From: an uncultured beta proteobacterium
Lineage (GTDB): Bacteria > Pseudomonadota > Gammaproteobacteria > Burkholderiales > Gallionellaceae
Direction: 5' to 3'
DNA length: 64,000 nt
Assembly (NCBI GenBank): GCA_963833515.1
Contig: CAWHYN010000024.1
Span: 114,759 to 178,758 of the forward strand
The notes beneath the pieces were generated by a model. It made no database searches. It was given only the letters and a program-made list of their open reading frames with translations, and was not told the DNA's origin. Each line of letters begins with the position of its first letter. Position 1 is the stretch's first letter. Positions 19,866 to 31,672 of the stretch are shown here, piece by piece. Made by a program: the position numbers and the translations under genes.

Positions 19866-20615
19866 ATGACCGTGATGTTCTGGAAGAAGGGAAGCACGCC
19901 GCAGGATGGCGTGGATGACCGGCAGGAGAAGCCAGGCGGCGTGGCTGGATCACCGCAGTCACTTGATCGGGGGTCGCGCAATCACGGAACTTCCCAGGAC
20001 CTTCAGGAAGGGGCTGCTGAAGCCAGTCGCGCAAAATCCGGACGGCGATTGATCATTGGCGCAGTCGTCGGCATGTTGATTTTTGCCCTAAGCGGATTAG
20101 CTGCTTGGAAACTTTTCCCGCATGCTGCAAAACAAAATACCACCGTTGCGGAAACCCCTGCTTTAAGCCAGCCGATACCGCTTCCGGGTAAACCGCTGAT
20201 CAAATTACCTTCAATCGAAATGGCTCCGCTGAGAAAATTCCAAAATAGGGACCCGGAAACGGGCATCGAAACGCTCAGGAAAGATAATAACGAATTGCAA
20301 ACACAAATCGGCGTGCTTCGAGCTCAATTGCCCCAGCTTGAAAGAGCCCAGGCCGAACAAGCCCAGGCCAATATCGATGCTCTTGCAAAGAAGAACAACG
20401 AACTGCAAGCACAAATTGATGCGCTCACGAAGAAGCAGCAGCAACCCTCCGCGCCACCACCACCACAAACGGCTGGCAAGGTTCAGCCTCACCTGCGCGG
20501 GGGCGCCATCGCAATACGCAACGAAGACCCTAAAGCCAGTGCCACGGCCCTGAAGGCAGCCATCGAGGCAATGAATGCAGGCTCTGTTGCCGCCCCTCCA
20601 AGAGCTGCCAAATGA
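19866..20615 (+). CDS. Hypothetical bitopic membrane protein with a coiled coil and Pro-rich linkers
   Basis: One TM segment (LIIGAVVGMLIFALSGLAAW), heptad-rich NNELQ repeats, RBS AAGGAG. Confidence 0.65.
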   Translation: MTVMFWKKGSTPQDGVDDRQEKPGGVAGSPQSLDRGSRNHGTSQDLQEGAAEASRAKSGRRLIIGAVVGMLIFALSGLAAWKLFPHAAKQNTTVAETPALSQPIPLPGKPLIKLPSIEMAPLRKFQNRDPETGIETLRKDNNELQTQIGVLRAQLPQLERAQAEQAQANIDALAKKNNELQAQIDALTKKQQQPSAPPPPQTAGKVQPHLRGGAIAIRNEDPKASATALKAAIEAMNAGSVAAPPRAAK

Positions 20616-20824
20616 GTCGCTGGATTGGGTTGGCTGCGATTTCTTAGATTCTGTTGATTCTTGACTGCTGGGACGATCATGATTGTGTCCCTCAACTCGC
20701 CAAACACGCCAGGTTATTTAGGGCTGACAAGAAGATACAGGCATGGACCCAGTCGGACTTGATCAACTGAAGTTCTCAGGCCATAAATTTGCGTGTAAAA
20801 GTTGAGTCCGCCTAGAATGCGTCC

Positions 20825-22282
20825 ATGGGCCATTTTCTTCCACTTTCCCGCGTTGCCAAACTGGTAGGAACGTCACGCCATGCGCTGCAGGAAATGATAC
20901 GCGACGGTACGCTGGATACGTTTGATGGCATGATCGAGCTGAATGAACTGCTACGCGCCTTTCCTGACGCGAAATGGGATGATGATACCGAAATTCGTCG
21001 CATCACCGAAATCAAGGAGAAGTCCTTTGGCAAGCGCGTGTTCGATCGCGCATTGCCGAACAAGGAGTTGCTGGCGGCACGGCTCTTCGATCTCGGCAAT
21101 GAGTATGCCGCCACGAAAGCGTTGTTGATGCATTACAGTCAGGTGTTGTCATGGCTGGACGAGAAAATTGACCAGATCGGGGAAGACCAGAGCGCGGAGA
21201 CGCGTGGTGCACTGCATGCTGTGCGGGCATTCCTGGCGCGCCATTTGGCGGAAATACCTCCAGATGCCGCAAAAGTGCAGGCTCTGATCGCGAAAGAAAG
21301 GACACTGAAAATCATGTCAGCCCATGTCACGATCCAACCCAGCGGCCACGAATTCCTTGCCGAAAGCAACGACACGCTTCTGGAAGCTGCGCTGCGCGCA
21401 GGCGTGTCGCTTAATTACGGATGTAGCAACGGGAACTGCGGTGAGTGCCAGGCGCGCCTGATCTCAGGGGAAGTCAAGAAGATCCATGCTCATGATTACG
21501 TTCTAAGCCAGGCAGAAAAGGAGTCAGGCGAAATCCTGATGTGCTGCTGCGCAGCGGTGAACGATGTGGTGCTTGAGGCAAGCATAGCCGGTACGCGGGA
21601 TATTCAGCTGCAGCAGCTGATTGCCAAGGTCAAAGCGGTGGACGTATTCAACGCTCGGGTTGCTGCGCTGCATTTGTTGGCGCCACGCAGCCAGCGTCTA
21701 CGCTTCCTCGCGGGGCAGTCGGTCAAAATATCGGCACAGGGCATGAGCGGGCATTACGCCATTTCCAGCTGCCCATGTGAAGATCGGCATATCGAGATTC
21801 AAATATTGCGCACTCAAGACGATGCGTTTTCGGAGCTTGTGTTTGACAGTTTGAAAGCGCATGACAGTATCGAGGTGCAGGGGCCATATGGCGAATTTGT
21901 GCTCGAGGATACGTCAACGCGACCCCTCATTTTTGTCGCATTTGGAGTGGGTTTCTCGCCCATCAAAAGCTTGATGCAACATGCAATGTCACTTGACCTC
22001 GCTGAATCCATCGACTTGCACTGGCTGGCAGACGGGGCGGGACACTATCAGAACAACCTGTGCCGGGCTTGGGCCGATGCGTTCGACAATTTCAGGTACG
22101 TTGCACATCCCCAATCGGCTGATGAGGAAAGCACTGTGGCTGGCATTGTGAACAATTATAACGACCTTTATCGCTACGATGTGTATGCCTCCGGCACCGC
22201 AGCACAGTTGCAGACTGCCAAGCGCTTGTTCCTGAAGGAAGGTCTACCGGAAGGCCACTGGGTATCAAGCCCTTATTATTGA
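20825..22282 (+). CDS. 2Fe-2S ferredoxin / FAD-NAD(P) oxidoreductase with a ~165-aa N-terminal extension
   Basis: YGCSNGNCGEC...MCCC cluster motif, RFLAGQ, GPYGEF, GVGFSPIKS. Confidence 0.85.
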   Translation: MGHFLPLSRVAKLVGTSRHALQEMIRDGTLDTFDGMIELNELLRAFPDAKWDDDTEIRRITEIKEKSFGKRVFDRALPNKELLAARLFDLGNEYAATKALLMHYSQVLSWLDEKIDQIGEDQSAETRGALHAVRAFLARHLAEIPPDAAKVQALIAKERTLKIMSAHVTIQPSGHEFLAESNDTLLEAALRAGVSLNYGCSNGNCGECQARLISGEVKKIHAHDYVLSQAEKESGEILMCCCAAVNDVVLEASIAGTRDIQLQQLIAKVKAVDVFNARVAALHLLAPRSQRLRFLAGQSVKISAQGMSGHYAISSCPCEDRHIEIQILRTQDDAFSELVFDSLKAHDSIEVQGPYGEFVLEDTSTRPLIFVAFGVGFSPIKSLMQHAMSLDLAESIDLHWLADGAGHYQNNLCRAWADAFDNFRYVAHPQSADEESTVAGIVNNYNDLYRYDVYASGTAAQLQTAKRLFLKEGLPEGHWVSSPYY

Positions 22283-22595
22283 AACAACCAGCTAGATCTT
22301 CCTTCCAAATATAACCGCCGCTTAACCTTACTCACGAAATAGCGAACCCCCACCGAACCGCACACTGAGATCGTCGATTTATAGCGCAACGAATTTCACT
22401 GTAACGCGGCCAGCCCTTTCGGTAAGATCTTTCCCCCCAAGGCCTAAGCACTTCGTCGCGTCTGCTGTGGGGCCGAGCACGCTGGCCTTTATCAAGACGG
22501 CAAGCAGACATGCTTCCAATTTGAGCTCTCGCTCTGTGGCAAGAGCGCGTCAAGGCGACGGCGTCCCGAGCAGGATCATGACAATGCCCATCCCA

Positions 22596-23153
22596 TCATT
22601 TCTGAACCGGGCGAAAGTTGCCCTGCAAAACCTCCGGTTCGAGTTCTATCATGCCGCTTTCGCTGATCACCATGACATGGCCTTCTTCAATACTACACTG
22701 CATTTGCATTGTACGGCTGGCCAGCAGGGCAAGTGCCTGGGTTGTTTCGCTAGGCAGCCTTAGTACTGTGAGCTTCTCCAGGCGCTGCAATTTGCTGCGA
22801 TTCTCATTCCACCAGATGTCAGCGGATCGACCGTAGCAGATGACCACGACTTCGCCCGCCCGCCCGCAGGCCTTACGAATGACGCGCTCGTCGGGTAGGC
22901 CCACTTCTATCCAGCGCTCGATTGCGCCCGTGAGGTCCTTGACCCACAAGTCAGGCTCGTCATCACTGCTCAAGCCTTTGCCAAAAGCCAGCCGGGCGTC
23001 CGCATATAGTGCAAAGGCCAGCAGGCGTACCATCATGCGCTCGTCGGTTTCGGACGGATGGCGTACCAATGTCAGTGCATGGTCAGCGTAATAGTGCCGA
23101 TCCATATCAGCAATCTGAAGTGCGGCCTTGAAGACGGTTCCTTTGATGGCCAT
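22596..23153 (-). CDS. yaeQ: YaeQ family protein
   Basis: DMDRHYYADHALTLVRHPSETDERMMVRLLAFAL, DEPDLW, WIEVGLPDE. Confidence 0.92.
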   Translation of the reverse strand: MAIKGTVFKAALQIADMDRHYYADHALTLVRHPSETDERMMVRLLAFALYADARLAFGKGLSSDDEPDLWVKDLTGAIERWIEVGLPDERVIRKACGRAGEVVVICYGRSADIWWNENRSKLQRLEKLTVLRLPSETTQALALLASRTMQMQCSIEEGHVMVISESGMIELEPEVLQGNFRPVQK

Positions 23154-23384
23154 ATGGGCAGCGTTTGAAAGGAGTGTTTGCTGCCACGCATTCTAGCCTG
23201 AATACGCGGCGAAGATCGCGCGCCTCGATGCGCCACGCTTTGATCTGTCCAAATATTTGATCTGCCCAAATTGAGGAAACCTCCGGGCCCGCAAAGTGTC
23301 CGACTTCGCCCGGATGGCATTGCGCTGCCGTTCCGACTATAATCCCCATCAATTTAGAACTCTCTGTTTGACAAATACTTAGAG

Positions 23385-24638
23385 ATGCAGCTATTCACCT
23401 TTGGCATCAATCACCAGACTGCGCCGCTTGCCGTGCGCGAGCAAGTCGCGTTCAATGCCGACGGGATGGAGAATGCCCTGCGCGACCTGGTGCAAAACGG
23501 CGCGGCAAAGGAAGCGGCAATCCTGTCGACTTGCAACCGTATGGAGTTGTATTGCAACTCTCCACACCCGGATCACGCGATCGATTGGTTGGCGCAATAT
23601 CACAACATGTCACGCAAGGATATCGAGCCTTATCTCTATACCCTGCCGCGCGAGAAAGCGGTGAAGCATTCGTTCCGCGTAGCGAGCGGACTGGATTCGA
23701 TGGTCCTGGGCGAACCACAGATTTTAGGACAGATGAAGCAGGCCGTGCGCCAAGCCGAGCAAGCGGGCACGTTGGGATTCCTGCTGCACAAATTGTTTCA
23801 GCGCACTTTCTCGGTGGCTAAAGACGTGCGTACCCAAACCGAGATTGGCGCAAATCTGGTCTCGATGGCTGCCGCCGCGGTGAAGATGGCCGAACGCATT
23901 TACCCGAGCATCTCGGACCAGCGAGTGCTGTTTATCGGCGCAGGCGAAATGATCGAACTTAACGCGGTGCACTTTGCGGCGCGTTCCCCCAGGCATATCA
24001 CGGTCGCGAACCGCACGCTGGAACGCGCGCAAACACTAGCCCGGCGGATCAACGGCACAGCAATCACGCTCACCGATCTGCCTGAACAATTGGCACAGCA
24101 TGACATCATCGTCACCTGTACCGCCAGCCAACTTCCAATCTTGGGCAAAGGGATGGTGGAACGAGCGCTCAAGGCGCGCAAGCATCGCCCGATGTTCATC
24201 GTGGATCTGGCTGTGCCGCGCGACGTGGAGGCGGAAGTCGCCGAACTTGACGATGTGTTTCTGTACTCTGTGGACGACATCGCCGAAGTGGTGAAAGATG
24301 GCCTCGATGCACGCCAGGGTGCGGTCAAGGAAGCCGAGGTCATCATTGATTCCAGCGTGTCTGATTTTCTCCATTGGATGGAATCCCGCGAAGCGGTACC
24401 GACCATACGCGCGTTGCGCGACCACGCCGAGCGGAACCGTCGCCATGAGCTCGAAAAGGCCTTGCGCTTGTTAGCAAGGGGCGATGCACCTGAAAAGGTG
24501 TTGGAGGCGATGAGCAGCGCCCTGACAAACAAATTTTTGCACGCCCCCACCCATGCCCTGAATCAGGCACACAGCGGTGACCGCGAAGCCTTTCTCGAGG
24601 TGATTCATCGCCTGTATCACCTCCATACCGAAGAGTAA
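23385..24638 (+). CDS. hemA: Glutamyl-tRNA reductase
   Basis: [45 protein letters not shown]. Confidence 0.97.
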   Translation: MQLFTFGINHQTAPLAVREQVAFNADGMENALRDLVQNGAAKEAAILSTCNRMELYCNSPHPDHAIDWLAQYHNMSRKDIEPYLYTLPREKAVKHSFRVASGLDSMVLGEPQILGQMKQAVRQAEQAGTLGFLLHKLFQRTFSVAKDVRTQTEIGANLVSMAAAAVKMAERIYPSISDQRVLFIGAGEMIELNAVHFAARSPRHITVANRTLERAQTLARRINGTAITLTDLPEQLAQHDIIVTCTASQLPILGKGMVERALKARKHRPMFIVDLAVPRDVEAEVAELDDVFLYSVDDIAEVVKDGLDARQGAVKEAEVIIDSSVSDFLHWMESREAVPTIRALRDHAERNRRHELEKALRLLARGDAPEKVLEAMSSALTNKFLHAPTHALNQAHSGDREAFLEVIHRLYHLHTEE

Positions 24639-24649
24639 ACTACCGTCGA

Positions 24650-25738
24650 ATGAATCCCAGTATTACCGCCAAGCTCGCTCAATTGAGCGAGCGTCTGTTT
24701 GAAGTCAATCAACTGCTGAGCACCGAAGAAGCAACAAGGAACATGGATACGTTTCGCAGGTTGAATCGCGAACGAGCCGAACTCGAACCGGTAGTAGAGT
24801 TGTATCACGCCTATCAGGCCTGTCAGGCTGACATCGAAGCTGCCCAGGAAATGGCAGGAGATCCTGAGATGCGCGAGTTTGCCGATGCGGAAATCAGGCA
24901 GGGGCACGAACATCTGCTGCAACTCGATACCGAACTGCAAAAGGAGCTGCTGCCGAAGGATCCCAACGATGAACGCAGTGTGTTCTTGGAAATACGCGCC
25001 GGAACCGGGGGAGATGAGGCGGCCTTGTTCGCCGGTGATCTGTTCCGCATGTATTCACGTTTTGCCGAGCGCAAGCACTGGCTGGTGGAGGTGATTTCCG
25101 AAAGTCCCGGCGAAATGGGCGGCTACAAGGAGATCATTGCACGCATCGTCGGACACGGGGCGTATTCGGTCCTGAAATTCGAATCTGGGGCGCATCGCGT
25201 ACAGCGCGTACCGGCCACCGAGACACAGGGCCGCGTGCATACCTCGGCGTGTACCGTGGCGATCATGCCTGAGGTAGATGAGGTCAACGACGTGGTGCTG
25301 AATTCCACAGATTTGCGGATTGACACCTTTCGTGCTTCGGGTGCCGGCGGCCAGCACATCAACAAAACAGATTCTGCGGTACGCATCACCCATCTACCGA
25401 CCGGTGTAGTGGTGGAATGCCAGGACGGACGCTCACAACACCAGAACAAGGCTCAGGCGTTGCGGGTCCTTGCGGCACGCATCAAGGATTCACAAGTGCG
25501 CGAGCAGAACGCCAAGACCGCCGCGACGCGTAAAAGCCTGGTCGGCAGCGGCGACCGCTCCGAACGCATCCGTACCTACAACTATCCGCAGGGGCGGGTC
25601 ACCGACCATCGCATTAATCTTACCCTGTACAAAATGGATGCGATCATGGATGGCGATATCGCCGAATTGACCGGTGCGCTAATGGCCGAACATCAGGCTG
25701 AACAACTCGCCGCAATGGCGGAAGATGTCCTCAATTAG
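24650..25738 (+). CDS. prfA: Peptide chain release factor 1
   Basis: GGQ motif ([15 protein letters not shown]), PAT-containing [14 protein letters not shown], position after hemA. Confidence 0.97.
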   Translation: MNPSITAKLAQLSERLFEVNQLLSTEEATRNMDTFRRLNRERAELEPVVELYHAYQACQADIEAAQEMAGDPEMREFADAEIRQGHEHLLQLDTELQKELLPKDPNDERSVFLEIRAGTGGDEAALFAGDLFRMYSRFAERKHWLVEVISESPGEMGGYKEIIARIVGHGAYSVLKFESGAHRVQRVPATETQGRVHTSACTVAIMPEVDEVNDVVLNSTDLRIDTFRASGAGGQHINKTDSAVRITHLPTGVVVECQDGRSQHQNKAQALRVLAARIKDSQVREQNAKTAATRKSLVGSGDRSERIRTYNYPQGRVTDHRINLTLYKMDAIMDGDIAELTGALMAEHQAEQLAAMAEDVLN

Positions 25739-26594
25739 CATCCAAGGGATACTGCAACACGATGTCAAGCAGCTTGAAGCCGCGCTGAAACTTGATATCA
25801 GCAGTGCGCGAATCGAGGTGCAATGCCTGCTGCAGGCCGTGCTGCAAGTGAATCGAGCCTTTCTGCTTGCCCATCCGGAACAGGCGCTCGACCCGTCCCA
25901 ATATGAGCAATACGCTGCCTTTCTTACTCGCCGCTTGGGAGGCGAGCCGGTCGCCTATTTGCTTGGTGAACGAGAATTCTACGGACTGAAATTCAAGGTT
26001 ACCACGGCTACCCTTATCCCGCGCCCAGAAACAGAACTACTCGTCGAGCTCGCCCTGCAACTCGTCTCGCCGCAGGGCACCGGCCGCATACTGGACTTGG
26101 GAACGGGCTGCGGCGCAATCGCCCTGAGCATCGCTCATGCGCGCCCCACTGCCAACGTGGTGGCGGTGGATGCCTCATCTGCTGCATTGGAAGTAGCGAA
26201 ATTCAACACACGGCGGATGAACCTCCACAATGTCAAATTGTTGCAAAGCGACTGGTTTTCCGCCTTGAATGGTGAGCGTTTCGATATTATCGTTTCCAAC
26301 CCGCCCTACATCGCCGCAAACGATATGCATCTGGCACAGGGAGATGTGCGCTTCGAACCGCGCTCTGCCCTTGTTTCCGGCGCCGACGGGTTGGATGACA
26401 TCCATCGCATCGCCGCACAGGCGAGAGCACATCTCAAAACCGACGGTCGCCTTCTATTGGAGCATGGTTACGGGCAGGCCGCGCTGGTGCGCGCGCTGTT
26501 GAAGCAAACTGGATATGCCGGGGTGTCTTCTGTGCCAGATCTGGCAGGAATCGAACGAGTAAGCGGCGGATCATGGCTACCCCGCAAGAATTAG
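25725..26594 (+). CDS. prmC: Release factor glutamine methyltransferase
   Basis: [21 protein letters not shown]; overlaps the 3' end of prfA. Confidence 0.95.
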   Translation: MSSISIQGILQHDVKQLEAALKLDISSARIEVQCLLQAVLQVNRAFLLAHPEQALDPSQYEQYAAFLTRRLGGEPVAYLLGEREFYGLKFKVTTATLIPRPETELLVELALQLVSPQGTGRILDLGTGCGAIALSIAHARPTANVVAVDASSAALEVAKFNTRRMNLHNVKLLQSDWFSALNGERFDIIVSNPPYIAANDMHLAQGDVRFEPRSALVSGADGLDDIHRIAAQARAHLKTDGRLLLEHGYGQAALVRALLKQTGYAGVSSVPDLAGIERVSGGSWLPRKN

Positions 26595-27159
26595 GCTATT
26601 CCTCCCACCACAAGAAAAGGTGCCGTCACGGCAAAGCGAAAGCGCGAAAGACGCGATTTTTCAGCTGAGCAACATCGGAGTGACCTAGTCGCGCATTGTG
26701 TTTTCATGGAGGCTGGGATCGGAGGAACCCGCGGAACCTATGCAATGGGGGAAAGTATTCGCAGATGCGATAACCGGCCTGTCGCCCTGGACAGCGCGCC
26801 TTTCCAGTTCGCGTGTTCCAATGCATTGGCATCCATCAGAAAGAGCCGGCTCAACATAATGATGCGCAACAAAAAGCTGAGATGGACAGCAGGGAGCGTC
26901 GAGCTAGCCTTTGACCGCGCTGTTTCTTGCTCCGCGATATTTGGCGCGCGGGCGATGCGGTGTTTAGTGTGACGTTAGCAACCGCATCCATTGCCGGACG
27001 CATTGGACAGATTGCCAACCGCCGCCTATCCGTCGTCAACCAGATCGAACACAGGCGCTCCCCATCGGAATCCCCAACCCACATCCGACCATGCGCGCTC
27101 ACCCTGGATACGTCCGCTTCAGGCCCTTGCCCCGGGCAGAATCACGCTCAAACACCATT

Positions 27160-27233
27160 TTGTCGACAATAATGACAAGAACTTGCACATCTTGCCGCCA
27201 TTTCTGGTAATATTTGTATATATTGTCAACAAT
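27160..27233. promoter_or_regulatory. Two palindromic GntR/PrpR-type operators (TTGTCGACAA 27160-27169; ATTGTCAACAAT 27222-27233)
   Basis: A perfect and a near-perfect palindrome upstream of the GntR gene. Both match the ATTGTCGACAAT motif I recall for proteobacterial GntR-type PrpR. Confidence 0.75.
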
Positions 27234-27245
27234 CTGAATTATTCC

Positions 27246-27920
27246 ATGTTAACTAGCACCTCCGAGCAGGGCACCTTGGCTGATATCGCGTCGCACCGCC
27301 TTGCTCACAGCATCGTGACTGGCGAGCTGGCGCAGGGCCAGAAGCTGAACGAGGCCGAACTCGCCGAACGCTTTGGCATGGGGCGGGGGCCGCTACGCGA
27401 AGCGTTGCGTCACTTGGAAGGCATGCGTCTGGTCAAGCGCATACCCAACGCTGGCGCACGCGTGGTCGTGCTGGATCGCAAGACCCTCTCGGACCTCTAT
27501 GCCGTGCGTGAGGCACTGGAAGGCATGGCATGCCGGATCGCCGCGACCCAAATGACCGACGACGAAATCCATCAATTGCGCAAGCTGCTCGACAGCCATG
27601 AAGAGCAGATAAGAAAACAAGGCGGCAAGGTCTACGCGCAGAGCGAGGGCGATCTTGATTTCCATTATCAGATCGTACGCGGCAGCCGCAACGAAATGCT
27701 GATGAATATGCTAGGCGGCGAACAGTATCAATTGTTGCGGATGTGCCGCTATCGCACCAGCCGCAACGCGCAGCGCACCGGCCCGGCCCTGCAGCAGCAC
27801 CGCCAGATCGTCGAGGCATTGGCACAACGCGATGGTGAGCTGGCCGAGATGCTGATGCGCCGCCACATTCAGGGCGCATGGCGCAGCATCAGCGAAATGA
27901 TCGACAAGGAGCAAACATGA
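27246..27920 (+). CDS. GntR/FadR-family regulator of the methylcitrate operon
   Basis: [27 protein letters not shown] and an FCD domain ([18 protein letters not shown]). Confidence 0.92.
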   Translation: MLTSTSEQGTLADIASHRLAHSIVTGELAQGQKLNEAELAERFGMGRGPLREALRHLEGMRLVKRIPNAGARVVVLDRKTLSDLYAVREALEGMACRIAATQMTDDEIHQLRKLLDSHEEQIRKQGGKVYAQSEGDLDFHYQIVRGSRNEMLMNMLGGEQYQLLRMCRYRTSRNAQRTGPALQQHRQIVEALAQRDGELAEMLMRRHIQGAWRSISEMIDKEQT

Positions 27921-28810
27921 AACATCTAGCCAAGACGCCAGGGCAGAAATTTCGCACGGCCGTCGAAGAAAATCATCCGTTGCAGATTGTCGGGGCCGTG
28001 ACTGCCTACTGTGCCATCCTCGCACAAAAGAGCGGGCACAAGGCACTCTACCTTTCCGGCGGTGGCGTGGCCGCCTCCTCGCTCGGCATACCCGATCTTG
28101 GCATCACCACGCTGCATGACGTCTGCGAGGACGCTCGTCGCATCACTGCCGCCAGCGACCTCCCGCTGCTAGTGGACATCGACACGGGCTGGGGCAGCGC
28201 CTTCAACATCGCGCGGGCCACGCGCGAGATCGCTCAAGCGGGTGCGGCTGGCTTTCACATCGAAGACCAAGTAATGCAGAAGCGTTGCGGGCATCGCCCG
28301 AACAAGGCCATCGTCAGCCAGAGCGAGATGACGGATCGCATCAAGGCCGCGGTGGATGCGCGCACCGACGAAAGCTTCGTCATCATGGCCCGCACCGATG
28401 CGCTGGCCGTTGAAGGCATGCAGTCCGCCATAGCACGCGCACAGGCCTTCGTGGAAGCCGGTGCCGACATGATCTTCCCCGAGGCGATGACTACGCTGGA
28501 ACAATATGCAGAATTCACGCAGACGGTACGGGTGCCGGTGCTGGCGAACATAACCGAGTTCGGTGCCACACCGTTATATAGCGTCGACGAATTGGCGAGC
28601 GTCGGCATAAGACTGGTGCTTTATCCGCTCTCTGCTTTCCGCGCGATGAGCAAGGCAGCGCTGGACGTCTATCAACACATCCTTACCGACGGTACACAAC
28701 AGCATGTTTTGCCGCAAATGCAGACACGCATGGAACTTTACGACTATCTCGGCTATCACGCCTACGAGCAGCAGCTCGATCGCCTGTTCGCCGAAAGAGG
28801 CAGTGACTAG
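27917..28810 (+). CDS. prpB: 2-methylisocitrate lyase
   Basis: [34 protein letters not shown]. Confidence 0.96.
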   Translation: MKHLAKTPGQKFRTAVEENHPLQIVGAVTAYCAILAQKSGHKALYLSGGGVAASSLGIPDLGITTLHDVCEDARRITAASDLPLLVDIDTGWGSAFNIARATREIAQAGAAGFHIEDQVMQKRCGHRPNKAIVSQSEMTDRIKAAVDARTDESFVIMARTDALAVEGMQSAIARAQAFVEAGADMIFPEAMTTLEQYAEFTQTVRVPVLANITEFGATPLYSVDELASVGIRLVLYPLSAFRAMSKAALDVYQHILTDGTQQHVLPQMQTRMELYDYLGYHAYEQQLDRLFAERGSD

Positions 28811-28980
28811 GACAACGTCATGGAAAGCTCTAGAAGCCGTGGCGAGCGGTCGGAATGCCAGGTCCCAGGAGCGCGAACGAAAAGACCTATCGTGAAGATA
28901 GGCGTGAAAATGAGCAGAACCCAACGTAGCGGTCCGGCTCGCTTGTAGCTTTGTCGAGGTTCATTCATCAGGAGGAAGAC

Positions 28981-30129
28981 ATGACAGAAGAAGCTGCCCC
29001 ACCCAAACCGAAGAAATCCGTAGCATTGTCGGGAACTGTTGCGGGCAATACCGCCGTCTGCACAGTCGGGCGCACCGGCAACGACCTGCACTATCGCGGT
29101 TATGACATTCTGGATTTCGCCGAACATGCGGAATTCGAGGAGATCGCGCATCTGTTGATCCACGGTACCCTGCCAACCCGTGGGCAATTGGCCACCTACA
29201 AGGCCAAACTGAAATCGCTGCGAGGCTTGCCGCAACCCGTGAAGCAAGCCTTGGAGGCAATCCCCGCAAACGCGCATCCCATGGACGTGATGCGCACCGG
29301 CTGCTCAATGCTTGGCACCTGCGAACCGGAACCGGAAGCGCACAGCGAACCCGCGACACGAGCATTTATCGACCGGCTGCTGGCCAGCTTCGCCTCGATG
29401 CTGTTGTACTGGTATCACTACAGCACCAGCGCCAGACGCATTGAGGTGGAAACCGATGACGACAGCATAGGCGCACACATCCTGCATCTGCTGCATGGCA
29501 AACCCGCCAAGGCATCCTGGGTGCGCGCGATGCATACCTCGCTGATCCTGTATGCCGAGCATGAGTTCAACGCCTCCACCTTCACCGCACGCGTCATTGC
29601 CGGCACCAACTCCGACCTGTACTCTTGCATCACCGGGGCGATTGGTGCGCTGCGCGGGCCCAAACACGGCGGTGCTAACGAGGAAGCCTTTCGCATACAA
29701 AGCCGCTATGCAAATGCCGATGCCGCCGAGGCCGACATCCGCGAGCGCGTGGCGCGCAAGGAAATTGTCATTGGCTTTGGCCATCCGGTCTATACCATCG
29801 CGGACCCGCGGAACGAGGTGATCAAACGTGTCGCACAACAGCTGGCGAAAGAAAAAGGCGAGATGCGTTTGTTCGACATCGCAACTCGTCTGGAAAGCGT
29901 GATGTGGGACTTGAAGAAGATGTTTCCCAACCTCGACTGGTTCTCCGCCGTCTCCTACCACATGATGGGCGTGCCGACGAACATGTTCACGCCGCTGTTC
30001 GTGATCTCACGCGTCACAGGTTGGGGTGCGCATGTAATGGAGCAGCGCGCGGATGGGAAGATCATACGACCTAGCGCAAACTACATCGGTCCGGAGAATC
30101 TGACCTGGGTTCCCATTGAAAAGCGCTAA
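28981..30129 (+). CDS. prpC: 2-methylcitrate synthase
   Basis: [48 protein letters not shown]. Confidence 0.96.
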   Translation: MTEEAAPPKPKKSVALSGTVAGNTAVCTVGRTGNDLHYRGYDILDFAEHAEFEEIAHLLIHGTLPTRGQLATYKAKLKSLRGLPQPVKQALEAIPANAHPMDVMRTGCSMLGTCEPEPEAHSEPATRAFIDRLLASFASMLLYWYHYSTSARRIEVETDDDSIGAHILHLLHGKPAKASWVRAMHTSLILYAEHEFNASTFTARVIAGTNSDLYSCITGAIGALRGPKHGGANEEAFRIQSRYANADAAEADIRERVARKEIVIGFGHPVYTIADPRNEVIKRVAQQLAKEKGEMRLFDIATRLESVMWDLKKMFPNLDWFSAVSYHMMGVPTNMFTPLFVISRVTGWGAHVMEQRADGKIIRPSANYIGPENLTWVPIEKR

Positions 30130-30145
30130 ATCGAGGAAGACGAGA

Positions 30146-31633
30146 ATGAGTGCAAATACAGAACTGAACGCCCGCCCGACACCCGACCAGGTGCTGGTGG
30201 ACATCGCGCAATACGTCTGCCGAATGGAGATCAAATCGACGGAGGCCTACGATACCGCACGCAACTGCCTCATGGATACGCTGGGCTGCGGTTTACTGGC
30301 ATTGCGCTTTCCGGAATGCACCAAACACCTCGGCCCGTTGGTGCCAGGTACCACGGTGCGTAACGGTGCGCGTGTGCCGGGAACCTCGCACGAACTCGAT
30401 CCGGTGAAAGCGGCATGGGACATAGGTGCAATGATCCGCTGGCTGGATTACAACGACACATGGCTGGCGGCGGAATGGGGCCATCCTTCCGACAACCTCG
30501 GAAGCATCCTCGCCGTGGCCGACTACCTGAGTCGATGCCGCATCGCCCGAGGCAACGCGCCTATGACGATACGCGACGTGCTGACCGCGATGATAAAGGC
30601 GCACGAAATACAAGGCGTGCTGGCGCTGGAGAACAGCTTCAACCGCGTCGGCTTGGATCACGTGGTGTTGGTCAAGGTCGCCTCCGCTGCAGTCGTAACG
30701 CGCCTGCTGGGCGGCTCCGAAGCTCAAGTGATCGACGCGCTGTCGCAAGCATTTGTGGACGGCCAGGCCTTGCGAACCTACCGTCACGCGCCGAATGCCG
30801 GTTCGCGAAAATCTTGGGCGGCCGGCGACGCCACGTCGCGCGCGGTGCGTCTGGCGATGATCACGATGGCTGGCGAGATGGGCATTCCTAGCGTGCTGAC
30901 TGCGCCGCAGTGGGGCTTCTACGATGTGCTGTTCAGCAAGACGAACAAGGATCAGCAGATAAAACCTGAAGGACTACGCCGCTTCAGCCTGCCGCAACCT
31001 TATGCCAGCTACGTGATGGAGAATGTTCTGTTCAAGATATCCTTCCCGGCCGAATTCCACTCACAGACTGCCTGCGAAGCAGCGGTGCGCCTTCATCCGC
31101 AGGTGAAGGGCCGTTTGAACGACATCAGCAAGATCATCATTCATACCCACGAGTCGGCAATCCGGATCATCTCCAAGGTCGGTCCGCTGGCGAACCCTGC
31201 AGACCGCGATCATTGCATCCAGTATATAGTCGCCGTGCCGCTAGCGTTTGGCGATCTCGTGGCGGAACATTACGAAGACAGTTTCCATGCGGCCAACCCG
31301 ATAATCGACGCGCTGCGGAATAAGATGGAGATCGTTGAGGAACCACGCTACAGCCGAGAATATCTGGAGCCCGACAAGCGCTCAATCGCCAATGCGATCC
31401 AGGTGTTCTTCGCCGACGGCAGCTGCACAGAGAAGATCGCAGTGGAATATCCAGTCGGTCATCGGCGCCGGCGTGCGGAGGGCATACCGATGCTCGAGAA
31501 GAAGTTCTTGAACAATCTGCGCACGCGCTTTCCCGAACAACGCTGCCAGCAGATCATGGCACTATGTCTGGACAAACCGAAACTGGAAGCGACACCGGTC
31601 AATGAATTTATGGAAATGTTGACCATCAACTGA
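30146..31633 (+). CDS. prpD: 2-methylcitrate dehydratase
   Basis: [48 protein letters not shown]. Confidence 0.96.
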   Translation: MSANTELNARPTPDQVLVDIAQYVCRMEIKSTEAYDTARNCLMDTLGCGLLALRFPECTKHLGPLVPGTTVRNGARVPGTSHELDPVKAAWDIGAMIRWLDYNDTWLAAEWGHPSDNLGSILAVADYLSRCRIARGNAPMTIRDVLTAMIKAHEIQGVLALENSFNRVGLDHVVLVKVASAAVVTRLLGGSEAQVIDALSQAFVDGQALRTYRHAPNAGSRKSWAAGDATSRAVRLAMITMAGEMGIPSVLTAPQWGFYDVLFSKTNKDQQIKPEGLRRFSLPQPYASYVMENVLFKISFPAEFHSQTACEAAVRLHPQVKGRLNDISKIIIHTHESAIRIISKVGPLANPADRDHCIQYIVAVPLAFGDLVAEHYEDSFHAANPIIDALRNKMEIVEEPRYSREYLEPDKRSIANAIQVFFADGSCTEKIAVEYPVGHRRRRAEGIPMLEKKFLNNLRTRFPEQRCQQIMALCLDKPKLEATPVNEFMEMLTIN

Positions 31634-31672
31634 ACATCCAAACAGGCGGCAAAAACAGAGGAGTAAATCGAA

